Assembly: GCA_963663385.2 (NCBI GenBank)
Contig: CAXXXD010000003.1
Location: forward strand, 896,001-960,000
Direction of reading: 5' to 3'
DNA: 64,000 bases
Origin: Oceanispirochaeta sp.
GTDB lineage: Bacteria; Spirochaetota; Spirochaetia; DSM-2461
Part shown: in pieces, positions 18,700 to 28,217 of the stretch
Position numbering within the stretch: position 1 is the first letter of the stretch
Layout: each line of letters opens with the position of its first letter
Position numbers and translations under genes: made by a program
The notes under the pieces: generated by a model
Database searches by the model: none
What the model saw: only the letters and a program-made list of their open reading frames with translations
What the model was told of the DNA's origin: nothing

Positions 18700-19786
18700 G
18701 GTTGGCTGTCTCCCAAAACACTTTATCGAATTTTTTAATCAGTATCTCCCAGGAATACTGTTTCATGGAGTGGCTCAGTCTTTTTCTGATACCCCTGAGA
18801 TCGGGATTTTTCATCAGGGAAAAAAAACAGTCACAGGCTTCCGGCAGATCCTTGAAGAGCAGGTCTTTGTGAAATTCGCCGGCCAGTACTTCGGGGTAGG
18901 CGAGTCTGCGGGGCAGCAGGGGGATGACTCCGTGGCTGGCCGCTTCCACAATGGAGATCCCGAAATTTTCCTGATTAGAGGTGCTGATGACAAAATCCGC
19001 CTTGCCGAGCCACTCTTCATATTCCATTATGCTCTTCGCATACCCGTAATGAATCAGTTCTTCCTCAAACTCGATTCGGGACTGCTTAAAGCATTCAGGG
19101 CTGGCGCTGTAGGACTCTCCCAGAAGGGCCAAACGGAAAGGAATCCCCCTGTTTTTCAGTATTCTCAATATTCGAAAGAAATCCTCCGGATTTTTATCAT
19201 GCTCCCAGCGATGATTCCAGATAATCAGGGGCGCCTGTCCGTTTTGTTCACACTTTAAGGATTCGTCCCAGGTTTCGGCTGTTTTACATCCGGGAGGTAT
19301 AATGGATATTTTATTCAAAATGGAGGTGAAATCTCTTTCAGGTTTACAATCGGGCAATTTTGTAATGAGTTTTTCCAGCTCAGAAAAAAAAGAGTCCCTG
19401 TTATAGGCTGAGTTGAACAGAATCCTGTCGGCGCAGAGCATATTGGTATAATCTGTCCAACCGTATTGAAAATCTCTCACTTCCCCGTCTTTTATGGGGT
19501 AGGCCAGTTGATTCTCATGTACGTAGAGTAAAACGGGAGCCTCCATACTCCGGTTAAAGGCCTTCCATTGACACAGGTCCATCAGGTTGCCCGCTACTAT
19601 CAGATCATATTTTCTGTTCTGATTCGTCATACGGCAGAATTCGATAGCTGCCCCTCTCATCCGCCACTTCCAGAAACGACCGGGCAGGGTTAATAAATCT
19701 ATATTGAATGAAGAGTTGTTAACAATTCCTTTTGCAAAATATTCATGGGAACCCCCATGGAAAGGTTCAAGAAACAGTATATCCAT
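18689..19786 (-). CDS. DUF3524/GT-B glycosyltransferase (GTDC1/QTMAN-like)
   Basis: EPFHGGSH, LPGRFWKWRMRG, YVHENQLAYP, FNSAYN, WNHRWEHDKNP, ENFGISIVEA. Confidence 0.85.
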   Translation of the reverse strand: MDILFLEPFHGGSHEYFAKGIVNNSSFNIDLLTLPGRFWKWRMRGAAIEFCRMTNQNRKYDLIVAGNLMDLCQWKAFNRSMEAPVLLYVHENQLAYPIKDGEVRDFQYGWTDYTNMLCADRILFNSAYNRDSFFSELEKLITKLPDCKPERDFTSILNKISIIPPGCKTAETWDESLKCEQNGQAPLIIWNHRWEHDKNPEDFFRILRILKNRGIPFRLALLGESYSASPECFKQSRIEFEEELIHYGYAKSIMEYEEWLGKADFVISTSNQENFGISIVEAASHGVIPLLPRRLAYPEVLAGEFHKDLLFKDLPEACDCFFSLMKNPDLRGIRKRLSHSMKQYSWEILIKKFDKVFWETANHGK

Positions 19787-19871
19787 AACTCATCTATTTT
19801 AATCGGATTCCCTTTTTTGGGAAAGCCTGCTGTTGCTTGCCTGGAGGTTTGCTTTTCTGTAAGATAAAACA

Positions 19872-20552
19872 ATGAGCAGAACTGAGTATAAAGCAGTAAT
19901 TTTTGACCTGGACGGTACTCTGATTGATACGATCCGTGATATTGGAGAAGCCGTCAATTATGCATTGAAGCAACAGGGGATCACTCCCTTGACTACCGAA
20001 GAACATAGCAGAAATGCCGGTTGGGGACTCCGGGTGTCGCTGGAGAGGGCGCTTCCCGGAAAATCCAGAGATTTCATTGACAGGGCATTTCCGGATTTAA
20101 TGGAATATTACAGCCTGAATCCCTGTGTCTATACCCAACCTTACGATGGGATCCGGGAGTTGCTGGATACCCTTCAAAAGGAGGGGGTAAAACTCTTTGT
20201 CTATACAAATAAGGCAGAAACAATTGCAAAAAGCATTGTGAATAAACTGTTTGGGAAAAACTGTTTTACCGATGTTTTCGGTACGGTAGACAGGAGACCT
20301 CTCAAGCCCCATAAAGAGGGGATTGAATATGTAATAGGGAAAACCGGTCTGGATAAGAGGGAGATTCTCTATGTGGGGGACTCCGAGGTTGATATGGAAA
20401 CGGCTGCAGCAGGAGAGCTGGATTGTTTTGCCGTTACCTGGGGCTTCAGAACACCTGAACAACTGGCTTCCTACCCGAAAAAGGACATTGTGAATTTTCC
20501 GGATGAAATAGCAGCTTTAATCCTGAGAGATCCTATTGCGGATTCGTTGTAA
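19872..20552 (+). CDS. HAD family hydrolase (phosphoglycolate phosphatase-like)
   Basis: FDLDGTLIDT, TNK, KP, VGDSEVD, VTWGF. Confidence 0.9.
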   Translation: MSRTEYKAVIFDLDGTLIDTIRDIGEAVNYALKQQGITPLTTEEHSRNAGWGLRVSLERALPGKSRDFIDRAFPDLMEYYSLNPCVYTQPYDGIRELLDTLQKEGVKLFVYTNKAETIAKSIVNKLFGKNCFTDVFGTVDRRPLKPHKEGIEYVIGKTGLDKREILYVGDSEVDMETAAAGELDCFAVTWGFRTPEQLASYPKKDIVNFPDEIAALILRDPIADSL

Positions 20553-20610
20553 TATTAACTATAATTTACATACTAAGCTGATAAAATAAAAAGAATAATC
20601 GGGAGAGTTT

Positions 20611-22358
20611 ATGAATACTGAAGAATTAAAACTTAAGGCGGAAAACTATCTTCAGCTGGAAAAACACGAACACTTCAGAAAAGAAGTGGCGGATCTGCTT
20701 CAAGAGGAAGACTGGGAAGATCTTAATGACAGGTTTTTTACGGATCTTTCTTTTGGAACAGGAGGTCTGCGTGGAGTCATCGGCGGCGGATTAAACCGGA
20801 TGAATCCCTATACGGTTACCAAAGCCACCCAGGGACTGGCAGAATATGTTGTTAAAAATGTTCCGGAACGGGACAGAAAGGTTGTGATTGCTTATGATTC
20901 CCGGCATTTTTCCGATCTTTTTGCCGAAATGGCAGCTCTGGTTTTTGCCGGAAACGGGATTAAAACATGGCTGTTTACCTCTCTGCGTCCTACTCCTGAA
21001 CTCTCCTATGCCGTCAGGAAACTGGGATGCGCTGCGGGTGTTATGGTAACGGCCAGTCATAACCCTGCCGAGTATAACGGGTATAAGGTGTACTGGTCTG
21101 ACGGCGGACAGATAACCGCTCCCCATGATCAGGGAATTATCAACGAGGTGAGAGCCGTAACGGATACTATTAATGTGGCGGATAAAGAGGAGGCTCTGAA
21201 GTCCGGCATGCTGACCATGATTGATAAGGAGATTGACGATTCCTACCTGGATATGGTTATTGCCGAATCCCTTCGTCCCGATATGGTAAAGGAGAAAGGG
21301 AAGGATCTTAAGGTTGTCTTTACTCCTCTTCACGGATGCGGAACCATTCCTGTTGAAACCGCTTTGAGCCGGATGGGGATAGAAGTAATTACAGTGAAGG
21401 AGCAGAGAGAGCCGGATGGCGCCTTCCCCACCGTTGCTTTCCCCAACCCCGAAATTACCCCTGCCATGAAAATGGCACTGGAGTATGCCCAACGGGAAAA
21501 AGCCGATCTGGTAATGGGTACGGATCCTGATGCCGACCGGCTGGGGATTGCCGTTCCCGAGGGAGACGGTTACACCCTGATTACGGGAAACCAGCTGGGA
21601 TGCCTTCTGGCAGACTATATATTTCACAGCAGGAAGGAACTGGCAAAATGCCTCCCAATCCGGCGTTTGTCAATACCATTGTAACAACAGATCTTCAGAT
21701 TAAGATTGCCGAGTCCTATGGAGCCGCTACCTTCAAGGTTCTGACCGGGTTTAAATACATCGGTGAAAAAATGCGGGAGTTCGAAGAGGATAACTCCTAT
21801 CAGTATATTTTCGGCGGAGAAGAAAGTTACGGTTTTCTGGTAGAACGGGATGTGCGGGACAAGGATGCCGTATCCGCAGCAACCATGGCAGCCGAAATGG
21901 CTTTATGGAATGTTGCTCAGGGGCGAACTGTTCTTGATCATCTTAATGATATCTACAAAAGATTCGGTTACTATGAAGAAACTCTGATCTCCCAGTACTT
22001 CAAGGGGCAGTCCGGACTCCAGATTATGGATAAGCTGATGAGTGATCTTAGAACGGCGCCTCCCGAAACATTGGGGGGAATTGCTGTATCGGCTATGAAG
22101 GATTATAAGGACGGTACCACACGAAACCTTAAAACCGGAGAGATGGATACCGATATTGATCTGCCATCCTCCAATGTTCTTCAGTTTGTTCTGGAAGACG
22201 GAAGCCTTGTAACAGCCCGGCCTTCCGGTACCGAGCCCAAGATCAAGTTCTATGCTTCCATCTGCGGCGCAGAAGGGCAGGAACTGGCAGAAGCAAAGAA
22301 AGATGTGGCTGCCAAGATCAAGGCGCTGGAAGCTGATATCAACATGATGATCGGCTGA
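20611..22358 (+). CDS. pgm: Phospho-sugar mutase (PGM/PMM), frameshifted at ~21642
   Basis: FGTGGLRG, TASHNP and DPDADR lie in ORF 20611-21684; GEESYG, DKDAV and RPSGTEPKIKFY lie in ORF 21600-22358; adding one G joins them. Confidence 0.88.
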
Positions 22359-22369
22359 TAATGAAACGA

Positions 22370-22409
22370 CCAGTTGTTGAGGATGCAGATCTGCGTTTTC
22401 AACAACTGG
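22370..22409. terminator. Long hairpin between convergent genes
   Basis: CCAGTTGTTGA-GGATGCAG-AT-CTGCGTTT-TCAACAACTGG; no U tract. Confidence 0.5.
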
Positions 22410-22487
22410 GATCTGTATTCCCTGCGGACTGGTTGATATAAATTATATGTAAAAATTATCTGTGGATTCTGCAGAAAATCGGGAAAA

Positions 22488-22778
22488 TCAATACCCGTAC
22501 CGCTTTCGACGCATCATGTCCATATCGTTCATAATATCCCTGATATGGCTTTCATCCAGGGTATTTTCATCCTTCTGGTCCTGCAGCTGCTGGATATATC
22601 GTTCTTCCATATTGTAAAGCTCATCGTTTAACTCTCCGGACCAGATATAGCGGATTATCTCATCGGGGTTATTAGAGTTTGACAGGAGCCGTTCTGTCAT
22701 TATATTGGACAGATACCATCTTACATCATCAATTTCCAGATTATATTCTTTTAACAGTTCCTGTATATTCAATTTCAA
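22488..22778 (-). CDS. Hypothetical protein
   Basis: 96-aa acidic helical ORF, TTG start after AAGGAG. Confidence 0.7.
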   Translation of the reverse strand: MKLNIQELLKEYNLEIDDVRWYLSNIMTERLLSNSNNPDEIIRYIWSGELNDELYNMEERYIQQLQDQKDENTLDESHIRDIMNDMDMMRRKRYGY

Positions 22779-22859
22779 TCTCCTTGAATGAGAAAGGATT
22801 GTAGCAGAAAAATCCTCCTATCCCTATCCCTCAGGGAAAAAAACAGGTATTCTTTGCGT

Positions 22860-23312
22860 ATGAACAGGAATAGTAAAACCATAATTTACACGGACGGCGG
22901 CTGTACGGGGAATCCCGGACCCGGCGGGTGGGGTTGTGTGATTCTGGCAAATGGTGAGGAACATCACTTTTCAGGCGGAGACGAATCAACAACCAATAAC
23001 AGAATGGAAATGACGGCTGTCATCACGGCACTGAAAAAGATTAAAGAGATGAATCTTGGAAATGATGCGGAGATCTATACGGATTCCCAGTATGTCAAAA
23101 ACGGACTGACCCAGTGGATTCACGGCTGGATCCGGAACGGCTGGAAGACAGCTGCCAAAAAGCCGGTTAAAAACAGGGAACTCTGGATCGAGATGAAAGA
23201 ACTCTGTGACCAGTTCAATCTGAGCTGGCATTGGGTAAAAGGTCATTCAGGAGACAAGTACAATGAGCTCTGCGACCAGCTGGTAGAAGCAGAGAGAATG
23301 AAATTTGCCTGA
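22860..23312 (+). CDS. rnhA: Ribonuclease HI
   Basis: IYTDGGC.GNPGPGGWG, TTNNRME, TDSQY, WVKGH; ATG22860 chosen. Confidence 0.96.
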   Translation: MNRNSKTIIYTDGGCTGNPGPGGWGCVILANGEEHHFSGGDESTTNNRMEMTAVITALKKIKEMNLGNDAEIYTDSQYVKNGLTQWIHGWIRNGWKTAAKKPVKNRELWIEMKELCDQFNLSWHWVKGHSGDKYNELCDQLVEAERMKFA

Positions 23313-23336
23313 AACAGACTATTCTGTCAAAATAGC

Positions 23337-23373
23337 AATCCCCGGATTCCACAGCAAACCGGGGATTTTTTTT
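23337..23373 (+). terminator. Intrinsic terminator after rnhA
   Basis: AATCCCCGG...CCGGGGATT followed by a T run. Confidence 0.75.
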
Positions 23374-23524
23374 ATGATTTTTTTTGAATTTTCTCTGACT
23401 AAATAAACATAGGAGGTGCAGGAGGGAAGCAGGATGATTATTCGTTCCGACATGTTGAAAGAGGCTCTGATGCGGGTAGGGGACAGCAGCTGTTCCCATT
23501 CGGATTCTTTCTGGAAAACAGGGT

Positions 23525-24250
23525 ATGTCTGATTTATACGATCTGACGGGTTATGCCTGGCTGAAACGGGCCCTGATGGTTGCAGCAGCCGGAGGTCATC
23601 ATCTGCTGCTGTTCGGCCCTGAGGATTATGTCAGGGATTCCGCCGCCGGCTTTCTGGAGTATCTGCTTCCGCTTCCGGAACGGGATCGTCTTATGGTTGC
23701 CCGGACCGGTCGGTCCTACCGGCTTTCGCCCCGCTCACAGGTGGTTATTACAGCAGATGCCTGCCCCTGCGGTAAACTGGGGATTCCCGATGAATACTGC
23801 GGGTGCGGCAGATATGATCTGCAGAGGTACTGGACCAATCTGGGAGGACGCCTGAAGAACCGGATCGATATGAGGATTCCCGTGGAACCTCTGTCCATCT
23901 GCAAAACCGCAGTCGGTCAACTTTCAGGATCAGCTGAATTACAGGAGAAGGTTCTTTGTGTCCGGTGTGATCAGAAGGAGCGGTACTGGAAGGAATCCTT
24001 CTGCTGTAACCGTGATATACCAGCTCTCAGACTGGAGGAATTCTGTGTTCTTTCTGATTCCCTCAAGAACTACTTCTCCCGAATAGCCGGGTATCTGAAA
24101 TTCTCCCCCAATGCTATGCATTCGGTTCTTAAGGTTTCCCGCACCATAGCGGATTTGTCCGGTCGCAGCACCATTATCCGGGAGGATCTGGAAGAGGCTT
24201 CCCTGTACAGACGATTCGGTGATCATCACTATTTCTGGTCCGGAGGATAG
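23525..24250 (+). CDS. Truncated/degenerate ComM (YifB, Mg-chelatase ChlI-like) paralogue, possibly a pseudogene
   Basis: KRALMVAAAGGHHLLLFGP, ACPCG..CGC, RIDM, LKVSRTIADL; Walker A lost and central AAA segment missing. Confidence 0.75.
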   Translation: MSDLYDLTGYAWLKRALMVAAAGGHHLLLFGPEDYVRDSAAGFLEYLLPLPERDRLMVARTGRSYRLSPRSQVVITADACPCGKLGIPDEYCGCGRYDLQRYWTNLGGRLKNRIDMRIPVEPLSICKTAVGQLSGSAELQEKVLCVRCDQKERYWKESFCCNRDIPALRLEEFCVLSDSLKNYFSRIAGYLKFSPNAMHSVLKVSRTIADLSGRSTIIREDLEEASLYRRFGDHHYFWSGG

Positions 24251-24324
24251 ATCGCCCTTTTCTGCGGTATTCCCTTCCCGGATACGCCTCATCCGCTCTT
24301 CATCCGCGTCCTGTTAATCCCTGT

Positions 24325-25077
24325 TTATACAGTGATAACTTCTATTCCCATTTTCCGGTATTGTTCCGTATGGCTGAAATCCCTGTCGGTTATCAATATG
24401 TCAACAAGGTCGGCATTGGCGAACTTTGCAAAGGCTTTGGCTTCAAACTTGCTGGAGTCGGCCAGGATGACTTTTCTTCTGGAAGCCTTCAACATGGCTT
24501 TTTTCAACCGCCCCTCGATAGCATTCTGGGTAAGAAAACACCCATCGGCCGTCATTCCGGTTGTTCCGATAAATGCCAGGTCAAACTGAAGTTGACTGAT
24601 TGAATCTTCTGCCAGGGGGCCTATAAAGGAGCCGGCGCCGGCTCTGAGATTTCCTCCAATTGCTGTAAGGGTTATTTCCCTTGATTGAGACAGCATATTG
24701 AGTACTTCCAGGCTGTTGCTTACAACCCTTAGCTGAAAAGATGCAAGTTTTTCTGCGAGAAGCATATTTGTCGCACCTGCATCGATACAGATACAATCAT
24801 CCTCTTCGATCAATTGAACTGCCGCGTCGGTTATTCTGTTTTTCTGGTCGAGGAGTGTGTTTTTCCTTGAACTGACAGGTGGTATCAGTTTTACCGATTG
24901 TGCCAGCCGTGCTCCTCCGTGATTCCTGATTACCAGGCCCGTTTCCTCCAGTCTGGTGAGGTCCTTACGGATGGTAACCTGGGAGACTCCCAATCGCTCT
25001 GTCAGGTCGGCGACACTTATCTGCCTGAAGTTCTTTAAAAGATTCAGTATCTTTTCGTGTCTGGGGTTTTGGGCCAT
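24325..25077 (-). CDS. DeoR/GlpR family transcriptional regulator
   Basis: VSQVTIRKDLTRLE..G...RNHGGA, IDAGAT, LADSSKF. Confidence 0.93.
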   Translation of the reverse strand: MAQNPRHEKILNLLKNFRQISVADLTERLGVSQVTIRKDLTRLEETGLVIRNHGGARLAQSVKLIPPVSSRKNTLLDQKNRITDAAVQLIEEDDCICIDAGATNMLLAEKLASFQLRVVSNSLEVLNMLSQSREITLTAIGGNLRAGAGSFIGPLAEDSISQLQFDLAFIGTTGMTADGCFLTQNAIEGRLKKAMLKASRRKVILADSSKFEAKAFAKFANADLVDILITDRDFSHTEQYRKMGIEVITV

Positions 25078-25079
25078 AA

Positions 25080-26534
25080 TTAAACCTCATAGGTAGAAGA
25101 AGATACATTCCCCCCTGTTCCCGTCCAGTTTGTATGGAAGAACTCACCCCTTGCCTTATCGATTCTTTCATAGCTATGAGCTCCAAAGTAGTCTCGTTGA
25201 GCCTGAAGAAGGTTTGCCGGCAGTCTGGCAGTTCTATACCCGTCAAAAAAAGCAAGGGCTGTGGAAAGAGCAGGTACAGGAATCCCCAGTTGAACTGCTG
25301 TTGATATAACTCTTCTCAGGGCATCCTGGGCATTAACCAGAATCTCTCCAAAGTAATCATCCATTACAAGGTTTGAAAGCTCAGGGTTTTTATCATAGGC
25401 TTCCTTTATCTTTCTCAAAAATGCAGAGCGGATTATGCAGCCGCCTCTCCACATCAGAGCAATGGCGCCGTAATTCAGAACCCAGTTATTTACTTTTGCG
25501 GCTTCCCGCATCAGCATGAACCCCTGGGCGTAAGATATGATCTTTGCAAACAGAAGGGCCTGCTCAAGGTCTTTAATAAAGTCATCTCTACTGCCGGAAA
25601 ATTTCGTATCCGGGCCGGTTATTTTCCGAGACGCAGCCACTCTTTCATCTTTAAGAGCCGAAAGACAGCGGGCAAAGACAGATTCCCCGATAAGTGTAAC
25701 AGGCATACCGAGATCCAGTGCGCTTATCCCTGTCCATTTCCCAGTACCTTTCTGGCCGGCAGTATCAAGAATCTTTTCAACCAGGGGGTCCCCTTTTTCA
25801 TCCCTGAAAGCCATGATATCCCGGGATATTTCTATCAGGTAGGAATCAAGGGGGCCCTTGTTGTATTCACTGAAGACCTGATACATCTCTTCATGGCTCA
25901 TGCCTATTCCTTCATGGAGGAGCTGATAGGCTTCGCATATAAGCTGCATATCCCCATATTCAATACCGTTGTGAACCATTTTTACATAATGGCCGGCTCC
26001 ATCATTTCCAACCCAGTCACAACAGGCTTCTCCGTTTTCCGTTTTAGCGCTTATATCCTGGAAAATATTTTTAATATGAGGCCAGGCTTCCGCATTGCCT
26101 CCGGGCATCATACTGGGGCCGCGGCGGGCTCCTTCCTCTCCTCCGGAAACCCCTGTTCCAATGAAGCGGATGCCTTTCCCGGCCAGATCCTTTGTCCTTC
26201 TGTTGGAATCTGGGAAGTGGCTGTTTCCTCCGTCAATTATAATATCCCCCTGTTCAAGATACGGGAGTATGGCTTCAATAAATTTATCTACTACTTCTCC
26301 GGCTTTAACCATCAGCATTACCCTTCTGGGGCGTTTCAGCCGGGATATAAACTCTTCAATAGTTACTGTTCCGATAATTTTCGTATTTCCCCTGGCAGGT
26401 CCTTCCATAAAATCGATCATCTTTTGAGTTGTTCTGTTGTATACGGCAACTGTATAGCCGTGATCCGCCATGTTCAGCACCAGGTTCTGTCCCATTACGG
26501 CTAATCCTATTAAACCTATATCTGCTTTTGGCAT
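25080..26534 (-). CDS. gnd: 6-phosphogluconate dehydrogenase, NADP-dependent, decarboxylating
   Basis: GLIGLAVMGQNL, KMVHNGIEYGDMQ, GQKGTGKWT, QAQRDYFGAH. Confidence 0.97.
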   Translation of the reverse strand: MPKADIGLIGLAVMGQNLVLNMADHGYTVAVYNRTTQKMIDFMEGPARGNTKIIGTVTIEEFISRLKRPRRVMLMVKAGEVVDKFIEAILPYLEQGDIIIDGGNSHFPDSNRRTKDLAGKGIRFIGTGVSGGEEGARRGPSMMPGGNAEAWPHIKNIFQDISAKTENGEACCDWVGNDGAGHYVKMVHNGIEYGDMQLICEAYQLLHEGIGMSHEEMYQVFSEYNKGPLDSYLIEISRDIMAFRDEKGDPLVEKILDTAGQKGTGKWTGISALDLGMPVTLIGESVFARCLSALKDERVAASRKITGPDTKFSGSRDDFIKDLEQALLFAKIISYAQGFMLMREAAKVNNWVLNYGAIALMWRGGCIIRSAFLRKIKEAYDKNPELSNLVMDDYFGEILVNAQDALRRVISTAVQLGIPVPALSTALAFFDGYRTARLPANLLQAQRDYFGAHSYERIDKARGEFFHTNWTGTGGNVSSSTYEV

Positions 26535-27806
26535 TTAACTCTCCTTTGACCACAGGCCCAATGCCGGGTTCGAAATGAAATAATACTCTTCACCATTACG
26601 ATCCAGGTGAAATCCGTTATTCTTGTTTTCTATCTGAAACCGATTCATAGCTTTTGTTATATCTGCATATTGGTATCCAACGCTCTCGATTTCCTCTTTT
26701 GACAGGCGTCCCGGCGCATAGGTTATGGAAAAACGGCCATCACTTGCTCCATGGATCAAATGTGCTGCCGCGCAAAGGTTTTCTCTCAGATCTTCATTCT
26801 CCTCGACCTTTCTCATCGTTTCAGAGGTTGAAAAATAGCCGTATCTTCTGATCAGTGAATCGATCTGAGCGTCTTCTCCGAACTCCCTGAGCCCCGGGGC
26901 AAGTACAATAAGTTCTCCTCCATCCGCAATAGCCATACGGGTTCGATACACCGATTTATTCCCAAGCCAGGTACTTCTGAATTCTTTGGGGTCCAGATAA
27001 ACCACAACCCTTTTAAAGGGAGTCGCCACAGTTGTAATATTTACTTTTTTACTGAGGAGTGCGGCTTTTTCAAAACACTCGAAGCCATTCCCGATAAAAA
27101 GCCCTCTGGTGTGCAGTGTCCCCCGGCTGTCCGGGGATATTACGGTTTGGACGTACAGGATAGGAAGTTCCCCGGCAAAATTTACGGAAGCGTAGTTCAG
27201 TACTTTCCGGACCGGTGAGTCGGTATGCCCCATAATCCTTTCCTGGCCGTAAACGGCTCCCAGAAAGTGGGATTTATGGATCCCCTCGGAACCTCCGGTA
27301 CCAATAAAAATATTTTTATTATGGTTGGCAAAACCGATTACTTCATGAGGGACAACCTGTCCGATAGAAAGAATCAGGTCAAATCCGCCTTCTACAAGCA
27401 GTTTGTTTACCTGGGCCGGCCATTCGAAATCCAGTAAACCTCCGCTGACTTCCCTGATATACTCCCCGGGAACAGTCCCCAGAGTATGCAGGTCTGTCCG
27501 CCACCTGTGCGGACGGAAAAGGGTGTGGTCAATTCCCGCAAACATCTCATCCAGTTCCCTATCTTCCATCGGGTAGTGGGTTCCAAGAGCTGGAAGAATA
27601 TCTGTCAGTTTGTCTCCATAATAGTCTGCAGCAGCTTTTGTCAGTATGCCTGCTTTTGAATGGAGCCGTGTAATGTCCGGAGGGATAGCCAGAACCTTTT
27701 TTGTAGAACCGGGAGGGGAGGCTCTGTTCAGGGCTTTCTGTAATCCCAGGATCAGATCATCATCTGTAAGTGAGAGGTCTTCTCCGCCTCTTTCATAATA
27801 TAGCAT
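26535..27806 (-). CDS. LarA-superfamily (nickel-pincer) hydroxyacid racemase/epimerase
   Basis: PDITR, ALGTH, VPHEVIGFANHNK, HKSH, WLGNK; ATG27806 after GAGGAG (the ORF track starts at 27851). Confidence 0.8.
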   Translation of the reverse strand: MLYYERGGEDLSLTDDDLILGLQKALNRASPPGSTKKVLAIPPDITRLHSKAGILTKAAADYYGDKLTDILPALGTHYPMEDRELDEMFAGIDHTLFRPHRWRTDLHTLGTVPGEYIREVSGGLLDFEWPAQVNKLLVEGGFDLILSIGQVVPHEVIGFANHNKNIFIGTGGSEGIHKSHFLGAVYGQERIMGHTDSPVRKVLNYASVNFAGELPILYVQTVISPDSRGTLHTRGLFIGNGFECFEKAALLSKKVNITTVATPFKRVVVYLDPKEFRSTWLGNKSVYRTRMAIADGGELIVLAPGLREFGEDAQIDSLIRRYGYFSTSETMRKVEENEDLRENLCAAAHLIHGASDGRFSITYAPGRLSKEEIESVGYQYADITKAMNRFQIENKNNGFHLDRNGEEYYFISNPALGLWSKES

Positions 27807-28023
27807 CAGTTTCTCCTCACCTTTTTGACTGATTCCCGTCAGGGTATTCATAGATAAATTATATCGTATTTATTCGTACTATTCTTTTTTGAATTCCCGA
27901 GCGGAATTCCTCGACACCGGTCGAATATCATTCCTTCCGGAAATTTTGTTCAGAACCCGGAACGATCAGATAATTCAAATATAGTTTCCTTTTGTTTCAT
28001 AAAAAGAACTGAAACGTAAATAT

Positions 28024-28052
28024 AGAATAATAAATAAACGCCTTTTTGTAAA
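28024..28052 (-). promoter_or_regulatory. Putative sigma70 promoter of the larA-like/gnd/deoR operon
   Basis: Minus strand TTTACA-17-TATTCT. Confidence 0.5.
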
Positions 28053-28217
28053 CATTTTCAGTTCCTTACTCCTTCGAACTACACAGCTTTCAGTATGCTG
28101 TGATATGAGAGAATAATAGAAACGACCGGTTAAAAGGGAATGTTATATATGAGGGTGCTGTACATTTCTGCATCCAAATGCTATTTTCTGTTTCTGTAAA
28201 AATTTAAATAAGCCACT

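Noticed and set aside
21631..21660. Programmed ribosomal frameshift in pgm
   Set aside because: No X XXY YYZ slippery site or clear stimulatory structure; a 1-nt indel explains it
22431..22444. Third copy of the ridA/TRAP motif (GGTTGATATAAATT)
   Set aside because: Short partial match between convergent gene ends; probably chance
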